DNA of 64,000 nucleotides from Myxococcota bacterium (GTDB lineage Bacteria; Myxococcota_A; UBA796; CAJQPC01): the NCBI GenBank assembly GCA_036229005.1, contig JAZAMN010000008.1, positions 96,001 through 160,000 on the forward strand, given 5' to 3'. The notes beneath the pieces were generated by a model, which had not been told where the DNA came from, made no database searches, and was given only the letters and a program-made list of their open reading frames with translations. Positions 1 to 11,944 of the stretch are shown piece by piece; position 1 is the stretch's first letter; each line of letters opens with the position of its first letter. The translations under genes and the position numbers were made by a program.

Positions 1-1062
1 GTCGGGGGGGAGGACCGCAAGCGAGGACAGGCCGGAGAGCGCCATGGCCTCGTCCAGCTCGTTGCGCAGCAGGCTGAGCACGTAGCCCACGCCAGCCGCA
101 CCGGCCCAGGCCAGGCCCCAGAGCACGGGGCGCCCGATCCAGACGGCCTCGGCGCCCAGGGCCAGGGCCTTGAGCACGTCGCTGCCGCGCCGGATCCCGC
201 CGTCCACGTGCAGGGTGAGGCTGTCGCCCACGGCCTGCTTGATCTCGTCCAGGGCCTGGGCGGTGGAGATGGCCCCGTCAAGCTGGCGGCCGCCGTGGTT
301 GGACACGACGACCCCCGCCACGCCGGCATCTCTGGCGATGCGCGCGTCCTGGGCGTGGAGAACGCCCTTGATCAGGATGGGCAGGTCGGTGACCGTCCGC
401 AGCCACTCCAGGTCCTGCCAGCCCAGGTTGGGCTCCAGCAGGCTGCCAAAGTAGGCGCCCAGGCCGGACTCGGCGGCCACCGGTGGCAGGGCCTCGCCCG
501 GGGTGCCCGTCAGGTTCGCGCAATGCAGGTGATCGGGCAGGTGGAATCCCCGGCGGATGTCGCCCTCCCTGGTGCCCAGGATGGGGGCGTCCACGGTGAG
601 CACCAGCGCGCTGCACCCCGCCGCCTGGGCGCGCTGGACCAGGGCCGCGGTCGCGCCCCGGTCCTTGTAGACGTAGAGCTGGAACCAGGTGGGCTGCTGG
701 CTCGCAGCGGCCACCTGCTCGACGGGCTGGTTGGAGAGGGTCGAGAGCACCATGGGCACCCCCGCCATCCCGCTGGCGCGGGCCGTGGCCAGCTCGCCGT
801 CGGCGTGGGCCATCCCCTGGAAGGCCATTGGGGCGACCACCAGCGGGCTGTCCTGCAGCCGCCCCAGCACCTTGCGGGCCACGCTGCGCTCCCCGACCTG
901 CGCCAGCATGCGGGGGCGCATGCGGATGCGCTGCCAAGCCCGGGGGGCGTCGTCCAGGGTGATGTGGTCCCGCGCGCCGTCGGCGTAGTAACCCCAGGCC
1001 ATGGGGGAGAGCTGCTGCTGGGCCAGCGCGCGGAGGTCGTGGAGGTTCAGGGGGGTGTCCAT
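1..1062 (-). CDS. FMN-dependent alpha-hydroxy acid oxidase/dehydrogenase (LldD/glycolate oxidase family), 3' end outside window
   Basis: Manual translation from ATG at 1062: MDTPLNLHDL...APMAFQGMAH...WFQLYVYKDR...LTVDAP...KGVL...VSNHGGRQLD...VDGGIRRGSDVLKALALGA, which are the family signature motifs. Confidence 0.95.
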   Translation of the reverse strand, partial: MDTPLNLHDLRALAQQQLSPMAWGYYADGARDHITLDDAPRAWQRIRMRPRMLAQVGERSVARKVLGRLQDSPLVVAPMAFQGMAHADGELATARASGMAGVPMVLSTLSNQPVEQVAAASQQPTWFQLYVYKDRGATAALVQRAQAAGCSALVLTVDAPILGTREGDIRRGFHLPDHLHCANLTGTPGEALPPVAAESGLGAYFGSLLEPNLGWQDLEWLRTVTDLPILIKGVLHAQDARIARDAGVAGVVVSNHGGRQLDGAISTAQALDEIKQAVGDSLTLHVDGGIRRGSDVLKALALGAEAVWIGRPVLWGLAWAGAAGVGYVLSLLRNELDEAMALSGLSSLAVLPPD

Positions 1063-1286
1063 CGGAGATCTATAGCGTTGTCCGGGGACTCTCGGGGGGC
1101 CGGGATTGGGTGTGTTGGAATGTGCTCAGGTGTATGGCTGGATGCACAGAGTTCTCAAAAGCTGATGGATGGCGGTTGCTTAGGGGTGTTGTACGGACTT
1201 TTCAGGGACCCTTTTGTACAGTACATGTGTGAGCTGTCTACCGAAGGTGTCATCCCAAGTGTCCGAAAACACGTTGGCTATAGAGT

Positions 1287-1302
1287 TGGCACGGGTCCTG
1301 CA
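1287..1302 (+). promoter_or_regulatory. sigma54 (RpoN) -24/-12 promoter
   Basis: TGGCACGGGTCCTGCA fits TGGCAC-N5-YTGCW with exact GG-N10-GC spacing; predicted TSS ~1313-1314 coincides with the start of the 5' strand of the long-range closing helix. Confidence 0.8.
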
Positions 1303-1313
1303 AACTACCCCTA

Positions 1314-2832
1314 TGACACCCGGCACAGTCCGGAGGTCAACCGAGAAAGACGCTCGGCACGTTCTTTGACGTTGACATCACTGATTGCAGATGGCCGCTG
1401 GGCCGGACTCCTGTCGGAGTCAGTCACTCGGGAGACCGGGAGACGGAAAGGAACCAGCGCCCTGGGATGCCTCTTCGGAGGGCCAGACCCAGGGGACCCA
1501 CCCAGCAAGACCAAGGCGACTTGGGCGAGCAGGGAGCGGGTCGGAGCACAGACGGAGCCTTCGGGCGACGAATGAGCCCCAGCCGGAGCGCACCGAGGTC
1601 CGCCTCGATGCCGCGAAAGGCGCGCTGCAGTCGGAAACAGAAGCCCATGGAAGAATCGAGCGGGCGCCCATCGGAAACGGTGGACGAACGCAACGGACTC
1701 TCTCAGCGGAGAAAAGCCTTGGAGTCGCGAGCAGGACAGCCCTCCGGCGGTCCAGCAGAAGCGCAGCCCTTCGGGGAGGCGCGGCAAGTCAGCCCACGTA
1801 CCTATGCGGAGGAACTGGCGAGAACGACAAGAAGGAAGCGCGGGTGCGGTGACGCATCAGCGGCTGCTGGAGAGGGAAAGTCTTTGAAGGGATCACGCTG
1901 TGGAAGCCAGCCGAAGGGGTCAAAGCGCGCAAGCGTCAAGACCAGGATGCTCTCAGAAGGAGCAGCCCAAGCGGAGGTGACGGGAACACAGCGAACCTCA
2001 TGACCGGTAGCAGGATGCAACAAGCCTGCAGCCCAGGTGCCCAGGCCGCCAGGGAGCTGAGAAAGCTCAAGGTGGCGCACGGCCGACCCGCTGGGGAAGG
2101 CACAAAGCATGGAAGAGCACGGCGAGCACAGCAATGTGCGCGGCGAGCGGTGACTGGAGACAGTCGCTGGGGTCAGGTAGGCGTCGAGGCCGACCAGACA
2201 CACGCCCAAGGCCATGTGGGAGCAAGCACCGCTCCGAGAAACCCGCTGGTGACAGCGAGGGTGGAACGGAGCTCGGGACACGACAAGGAAAGCCCCGGAG
2301 AGGGCGCTCAGAGCGGCGTTGGTGACAGCGCAGGCGGGGCGACCAGTAGGGACTGGAGCGGCGTGTCCGACGGAGATGTCGGTGGAGAGGCGGAAAAACC
2401 CTCGGGAGAAGGAGACGGCGAGCGGAAGCGACAGACCAAGCTCACAGGCAGGTCAGCAAACAGCACCTTGGTGTTGAGAGCGGGCAGGCTGCCGACTCAG
2501 GACGATTGGAAGAGTCTGAAAAGGCAGGCGCAGAAGGACAGAAGGACGCAGCAGACCAGAGGTTTCGGCCACTGGAACGCAGAGCGGACTGCGAGAGAAA
2601 CCTTGAAGGTCCCACCGATCCAGCATGTTGAACAGACATGGCGGTGAAGGCCAGGAAGGGACGCGGGAAAGAGCAACGACCCGCATCGCGGCCCAGGAAG
2701 GTCAACAGCAATGTTGAACGGCGACCTTGAGGTTCAGGCGAACCCCATATCAGGCGTACCGGCGCGCAAGCACCGGAGAGAGCCAAACGGTCCCGCATTC
2801 TCTGAAAGGAACCCTCCTTGGGCCGGGTGTCA
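1314..2832 (+). ncRNA. Candidate large (~1.5 kb) highly structured non-coding RNA, unknown class
   Basis: TGACACCCGGC (1314-1324) is the exact reverse complement of GCCGGGTGTCA (2822-2832); >20 hairpins, many with GNRA/UUCG loops; purine-rich + strand; no credible ORF; sigma54 promoter upstream and terminator downstream. Confidence 0.8.
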
Positions 2833-2879
2833 CCCTCCACCCCACTGGGACGGAGGGAGAAGGCAGACCTTGCCTTCAA

Positions 2880-2925
2880 CAACAAAGCCCCGAACCACCT
2901 TGGTGGTTCGGGGCTTTGTTGCGTT
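2880..2925. terminator. Intrinsic terminator, probably bidirectional (ncRNA on +, uvrB on -)
   Basis: Perfect 19-bp inverted repeat CAACAAAGCCCCGAACCAC-CTTG-GTGGTTCGGGGCTTTGTTG, giving a T-rich tail on either strand. Confidence 0.85.
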
Positions 2926-2976
2926 TGGGACTCAGGATCAAGGATCCAGAGCGCTCCTTGAGTCCTTCCCCGCGAC

Positions 2977-4992
<2,016 letters not shown>

Positions 4993-5105
4993 CGCCAGCC
5001 CCTAACAGATGTTCAGTGCGCGGGCATCCAGGCGGATGTGGGACGGCGGAAGGGTCCCATCGCCGGGCTCGGACCATAGGCTGCGGCCCACCCCCGGGAG
5101 GCTCC

Positions 5106-6401
5106 ATGCTCGCTGTGATCGCCCTGTTGATGACCCCCCTCGCCTCCGCGGACTGGCGCGACACCAACGTCGGAGACTGGGGCGCCAGCGACTGGAGAGA
5201 GGCCGGCGCGGAGTGGCCGCAGGAGGTCGACGCGTCCTGGGAGGCGCTGCAGGTCCTCGCTGAGCGACTGGAGGGGCTCAAGGAGGACACCGGGGCTCCG
5301 GGGTGGGCCGAGCAGGCCCAGGCGCTGCGGGCAGACCTCGAAGCCCACGCGCAGGCGCGCTTCCACTGGGGCTACAACACGCAGGTCATCGGAGAGGACC
5401 GGGGCGCAGAGCACCTGGACGCCGAGACCCACGCCCGCGTGCAGCAGGCGCAGGCCAGGCAGGCCGAGCTGGAGGCGCTCTTCTACACCCTGGACACAAC
5501 GCTCCATGCGCTCTGGCTCCAGCACCTGGTCGACAGCGAGGCGTCCGACCGCTCCGAGCGGGTGATGGCGGCCGGCGACCTGCTCGGGGCCATCGGCTCC
5601 TTCGACCGACAGCCCGGCTACCCCTTCGACGAGCAGGCCGTGCTCCTGGGCCTCCAGCACAACGAGGGGAACGCTGCCTACGCGGCCACCGCCGAGCTCT
5701 GCCTGGAGCTCTGCACCGACCCGCAGGCGCTGGAGCTCTCCCAGCAGCTCCTGGAGATCGCCGCCGACCCCCTCCAGAACGGCGGCATGGTCGTCTACAC
5801 GGGCGACGAGGCGCACGAGATGCAAGGCATCAACGACGACCCCGAGCGCGGTCCCCTGGTGCGTTACAGCGGAGACATCTCCCTGCGCCGCCTGCCCAGC
5901 GCCCCCGCCAACCAGCTCCAGACCCGGGTGGATCTGCGCCTGGGCCGCAAGCGCGTGGGCGTGTTCGTGGGCGGGCGCTACCAGAAGGGTCTCCAGGAGG
6001 CCAGCAGCGGCTTCGCGGCGCAGGGCGGGCTCAGCCTGGACGTGGTCGCCCACCAACGCCTCCAGCTCTGGGCCAACGTGGGCTTGAGCTACGACGGCTT
6101 CGGGGCCACCGACGCGCCCGAGTACCACCAGGTGCGCGATCTGGGCCTGGTCGCCCCCGTGACGCTGGCCCTCCCGCTCGGCGACAAGCTCACTCTGTCC
6201 TGGTCCGCCGAGCCCCGCTGGACCCGCTCCCCCGACCGCGTCAACGACCAGCTCAGCGGCCTGGACGAGCTCCGGACCGGGCCCCGCCTGCAACTCGACG
6301 CCTTCGGGGACCTGGGCCTGGTGATCGCCGGGGAGCGCATGTGGGTCCCCACGGGCACCGTCAACGCCGTCAGCGTCGGGCTCTGCAGCGTCTCTCGCTG
6401 A
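5106..6401 (+). CDS. Secreted/outer-membrane hypothetical protein (helical N-half, beta-rich C-half)
   Basis: GGAGG upstream of ATG 5106; signal peptide MLAVIALLMTPLASA; host-like codon bias. Confidence 0.7.
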   Translation: MLAVIALLMTPLASADWRDTNVGDWGASDWREAGAEWPQEVDASWEALQVLAERLEGLKEDTGAPGWAEQAQALRADLEAHAQARFHWGYNTQVIGEDRGAEHLDAETHARVQQAQARQAELEALFYTLDTTLHALWLQHLVDSEASDRSERVMAAGDLLGAIGSFDRQPGYPFDEQAVLLGLQHNEGNAAYAATAELCLELCTDPQALELSQQLLEIAADPLQNGGMVVYTGDEAHEMQGINDDPERGPLVRYSGDISLRRLPSAPANQLQTRVDLRLGRKRVGVFVGGRYQKGLQEASSGFAAQGGLSLDVVAHQRLQLWANVGLSYDGFGATDAPEYHQVRDLGLVAPVTLALPLGDKLTLSWSAEPRWTRSPDRVNDQLSGLDELRTGPRLQLDAFGDLGLVIAGERMWVPTGTVNAVSVGLCSVSR

Positions 6402-7148
6402 TCAGGGGGCCACCTGCTGCATCAGCCACAGCATCTCCCGCCCGATCTCCTCGCTCTTGGCCAGGTAGGTCGCGGTCTCGTCCGGGCTGCCGTCGCTGGC
6501 CTTGGGGTCCAGGTAGGGCAGGGACACGCGCAGCTCGGCCCCAGGCACGTAGGGGCAGCTCGCGTCCGCCTCCGAGCACACCATCACCGCCGCGAAGCCC
6601 TGGCTGGGGTTGTAGGCGTCGCCGAAGGTCTTTGAGAAGCCCCGCAGGTCCGGCAGCGCAGGCCCCAGGCTCGTCGCGTACACGGTGTTCTGCGACCCGA
6701 TGACCTCGCCGGTGGACGTGATGTGCATTCCGTGGGTCTGCAGGGCCCTCACTGCCCGAGGGTTGAACGCAGTGGCCTCCGTACCACCCGACCAGCTCTC
6801 CACCCCTTGGACCCCAAGCTGCTCGGCGGCCGCCTGAGCCCAGAGCTGCCCCATGTGGCTGCGGCGGGAGTTGTGCGTGCAGACGAACAGCAGGTGCGCA
6901 GGCTCTCCAGCGGCCTGCTTCTCGGCGATCCAGCCGGCCAGCTCACCCAGGGTCTCGCGGCGCTCGGCGCTCAGGGTGTCGGGGGCGTCCAGAGCGGACC
7001 AGCCATTCAGGGTCGCGGCCAGCTCGGGGTGCAGAGGAGAGGTCATCGGGGCCTCCAAAGCTGGGGCCTGCACCGCCTGGTCTGGCGGGGCCTCCACCAC
7101 CTGAGGGGACTTCGGCGCGCAAGCGAGGACAAGCTGGAGCAGGTTCAT
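6402..7148 (-). CDS. LMW protein-tyrosine phosphatase/arsenate reductase-like protein with lipoprotein-like N-terminus
   Basis: P-loop FVCTHNSRRS, SGGTEATAFNPRA, CSEADASCP, YLDPK; N-terminus MNLLQLVLAC. Confidence 0.85.
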   Translation of the reverse strand: MNLLQLVLACAPKSPQVVEAPPDQAVQAPALEAPMTSPLHPELAATLNGWSALDAPDTLSAERRETLGELAGWIAEKQAAGEPAHLLFVCTHNSRRSHMGQLWAQAAAEQLGVQGVESWSGGTEATAFNPRAVRALQTHGMHITSTGEVIGSQNTVYATSLGPALPDLRGFSKTFGDAYNPSQGFAAVMVCSEADASCPYVPGAELRVSLPYLDPKASDGSPDETATYLAKSEEIGREMLWLMQQVAP

Positions 7149-7214
7149 CCGCCACTCCTATTCCTGCCGTCGTGACGCCCAGGTGGCGCGGTGGGGGCGA
7201 CTGCGAGTGTCGGG

Positions 7215-9053
7215 TCAGGCGGAGACTTCGTCCCGCGGCTCGATCACCCCGCGCCACAGCTCCTTCTGGAAGAAGAGCTCGACGGCGGCGTCCTCCACGT
7301 GGCCCTCGTCTGCCTCCGCGCGCAGGATGCTGTAGGCCCGGGACAGGCTCATGGCGGCCTTGTAGGGGCGATCGCTGGCGACCAGGGCGTCGAAGATGTC
7401 GGCGATGGTCATCAGGCGGGCGCCGTAGGGGATCTGCTGACCGCGCAGCCCCAGGGGATAGCCGGTGCCGTCCAGCTTCTCGTGGTGGGCGTGGGCCAGC
7501 TCGGGCACCCGCTTGAGGTCGCGGGTCCAGGGGATCACCTTGAGGAAGTTGTAGGTGTGGACCACGTGCATCTCGATGGCCTTGCGCTCTTCGGGATCCA
7601 AGCTGCCGCGGGGGATGCACAGGCGGGAGACGTCGCGCTTGCTGACCACGGGGGCGCCCAGCGACTCGATCACCCAGCGCTCCTGGATCACCTTGAGGCG
7701 GTCGACGTCCTTGTCCGTGAAGCGGTAGGCGGGCCGGTTCATGGTCTGGATCAGCGCCAGGTCGGCGTCGAGCTCGTCCAGGGCGATCTTGAGGCCGGCG
7801 CCGTCCTCTTCGGAGCGCATGCGCAGGACCTCCAGGCGGGACTGCATGGCGGCCAGCTTGAAGCGGCCCTCGATGCGCTCGAGCTCCCAGGGGTAGAGCT
7901 TGTCGGCCTTGAGGAGGATCTGCTCGGGGACGCCGACTTTCCCAAAGTCGTGGAGCAAGCTGGCATAATGCAGCTCTTCAAGCTCCTTTCCGGAGAAGCT
8001 CAGGTGGCGGAAGTCGGGCTCGTCGCTGCGGCTGACCTGCTCGGCCAGGCGGCGGGTGAGCTCGGCCACGCGGTTGCTGTGGCCGGCCGTGGCGGGATCG
8101 CGGGCCTCGATGACGGAGACGGAGGCGCGGATGAAGCCGTCGAAGAGGTTGCGGATGTCCTGGTAGAGCTTGTGGTTCTGCAGGGCGACCGCGGCCTGGG
8201 AGGCGATCGAGCGGGCCAGGTCGGCGTCGCGCTCGGTGAAGGGCAGCACGCGGTCGAAGCTGGCCAGCGGGACGCCCGGCACCGTCTTGCGGTTGTAGAG
8301 CCCGAGCACGCCCAGCACCTCGCCGTCCCGGTCGAGCATGGGGACGAGGAGCACGGAGCGGGTGTGGTAGCCCAACTTCTTGTCGTTGCGGTGGTTGGGC
8401 CGGTAGGGCGCATCGGGGGGCAGCGAGGCCAGGTCGTCCACGCGCAGGAGCTGGCCCCGGTTGGCCACGAAGCCGGCCAGGGAGCTGTCGTCGATGGGGA
8501 TGCGCTCGCGGTTGGGCTCGAAGGTGACCGTGTCGTTCTGGGCCGCGGCGAAGCGCAGGGTCTGGTCGTCTTCGACCAGGTAGACGGAGCCGCCGTCGGC
8601 GCGCAGGGCCCGGCGGGAGTGGGTCACGATCCGGTGCAGCAGATCGCTGGTCTCGGTCATGGCCGAGAGGCTGGCCCCGATCTCGTTCAGGATGTGGACG
8701 GTCTCGCGCTCCTCCCGGACCTGGGAGCGCAGGGACTCGAAGGCGACCAGGTTGCGGAGGGCGCGGGGCAGGCGCAGCTCTACGTCCTCTGGGGGGACCA
8801 CCTCGAAGCAGGCGAGGTCCTGGCGCGGTGAGATGGCGATCACGGTGTCGCCCAGCGCTTGCTGGACCATCATCACGCGGGTGAGATCCACCACCAGGAT
8901 CCGGCCGGCGACGTCTGCGGGGCTGGCGACGTCCACGGGCACGAAGCTGGCCCCAGCGCGCTCGGTCGCCTGTCGGGCGATCGCCGCGTAGGGGCTGCTC
9001 GCGGGGACCATCGCGACCTCGACGCGAGGCCGATCCAGGGAGGGAGTGCTCAT
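7215..9053 (-). CDS. GAF + HD-GYP cyclic-dinucleotide phosphodiesterase
   Basis: GAF region, then HSNRVA, LLHDFGKVG, HHEKLDGTGYP, ADIFDAL, RPYK; start moved to ATG 9053. Confidence 0.92.
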   Translation of the reverse strand: MSTPSLDRPRVEVAMVPASSPYAAIARQATERAGASFVPVDVASPADVAGRILVVDLTRVMMVQQALGDTVIAISPRQDLACFEVVPPEDVELRLPRALRNLVAFESLRSQVREERETVHILNEIGASLSAMTETSDLLHRIVTHSRRALRADGGSVYLVEDDQTLRFAAAQNDTVTFEPNRERIPIDDSSLAGFVANRGQLLRVDDLASLPPDAPYRPNHRNDKKLGYHTRSVLLVPMLDRDGEVLGVLGLYNRKTVPGVPLASFDRVLPFTERDADLARSIASQAAVALQNHKLYQDIRNLFDGFIRASVSVIEARDPATAGHSNRVAELTRRLAEQVSRSDEPDFRHLSFSGKELEELHYASLLHDFGKVGVPEQILLKADKLYPWELERIEGRFKLAAMQSRLEVLRMRSEEDGAGLKIALDELDADLALIQTMNRPAYRFTDKDVDRLKVIQERWVIESLGAPVVSKRDVSRLCIPRGSLDPEERKAIEMHVVHTYNFLKVIPWTRDLKRVPELAHAHHEKLDGTGYPLGLRGQQIPYGARLMTIADIFDALVASDRPYKAAMSLSRAYSILRAEADEGHVEDAAVELFFQKELWRGVIEPRDEVSA

Positions 9054-9165
9054 GGGCCGCTCAAGGGTAGCACCGGCAGCCAGAGTCTGCCCGCGGGCGG
9101 GAGTAGGCCCCAGAGCAGCGACGGCCGGCGCAGGGCCGACCGTCGAAGGCGCAGGGGCTTTTTGG

Positions 9166-9576
9166 TCAGCGCCGGCTGTTGCCGGTGCCGACCTTGGTGT
9201 TGCCGGTGGAGCCGCTGGAGCCGGTGGAGCCCGAGCCACGCCGACCGCTGCTTCCGCCGACGGCGGAGTTGTCGGTCTTGACGGTCCCAGAGGGCTTGGA
9301 GCGGGTGGTGGTCTTCTTGACCTCCTCGGTGGCCTCCTCGGCGGCCTCTTCGACCTCCTCAGCGGCCTCCTCAGCGGCCTCGGCGGCCTCGGCGGCGGCC
9401 TTCTCAGCCTCGGCGGCGGCCTCGGCGGCGGCCTTCTCGGCCTCGGCAGCGGCCTCGGCGGCCGCCTCCTGCACGTCGGGGAGCACCACCACCTCGGGCT
9501 CGGTGACCTCGCCACCGCAGGCCAGCGCGAGGGCAGCGCCGATCACGGCGAGGGGGGCGAGAACAGAACGCTTCAT
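9166..9576 (-). CDS. Ala/Glu-rich low-complexity lipoprotein
   Basis: Lipobox LALAC, EAAAEAEK repeats, Gly/Ser tail, GGAGG upstream. Confidence 0.75.
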   Translation of the reverse strand: MKRSVLAPLAVIGAALALACGGEVTEPEVVVLPDVQEAAAEAAAEAEKAAAEAAAEAEKAAAEAAEAAEEAAEEVEEAAEEATEEVKKTTTRSKPSGTVKTDNSAVGGSSGRRGSGSTGSSGSTGNTKVGTGNSRR

Positions 9577-9715
9577 CGATTCCTCCAGGACCAGGCAGAG
9601 AAGTGCCGGTCAAGTACTTGGACGGTGTACCGCGGCGTGAGGTTCCAAGGCAAGCGCATGCCGCTTTCGCGGGTGACATCGCGGCAACAGCCTGTCACCG
9701 CGATCGGCCCAATGC

Positions 9716-9744
9716 TTGCACTCAAAGCCCGGTGTGCTTAGACG
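9716..9744 (+). promoter_or_regulatory. Possible sigma70 promoter for fusA
   Basis: TTGCAC-N17-TAGACG upstream of AGGAGG and the GTG start. Confidence 0.35.
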
Positions 9745-9780
9745 GGCGCCCCATCCCTCAAACCAAAGCAGGAGGACGCG

Positions 9781-11862
<2,082 letters not shown>

Positions 11863-11897
11863 TTGAAGCCGAGGTCTTTTTCGCCCTCAGAAACAAG

Positions 11898-11928
11898 AAG
11901 ACCGGTCTCCACGGAGGCCGGTCTTTCT
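11898..11928 (+). terminator. Hairpin/intrinsic terminator after fusA
   Basis: AAGACCGGTCTCC-AC-GGAGGCCGGTCTT followed by TCT. Confidence 0.6.
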
Positions 11929-11944
11929 GCATGGAGACTCCGAG

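Noticed and set aside
1314..2832. Identity as 16S rRNA, RNase P RNA, tmRNA or a group I/II intron
   Set aside because: No universal 16S motifs; GAGGGAAAGTC (~1872) only loosely resembles RNase P and the matching 3' motif is missing; no tRNA-like ends; no group II domain V or interrupted host gene seen.
7215..9515. Extended N-termini in the ORF track (e.g. HD-GYP 766 aa, sulfatase 913 aa, PA-like 1015 aa, rnhA 575 aa)
   Set aside because: The extensions overlap neighbouring genes and are low-complexity; starts were reset using SD sequences and stop/start overlaps.
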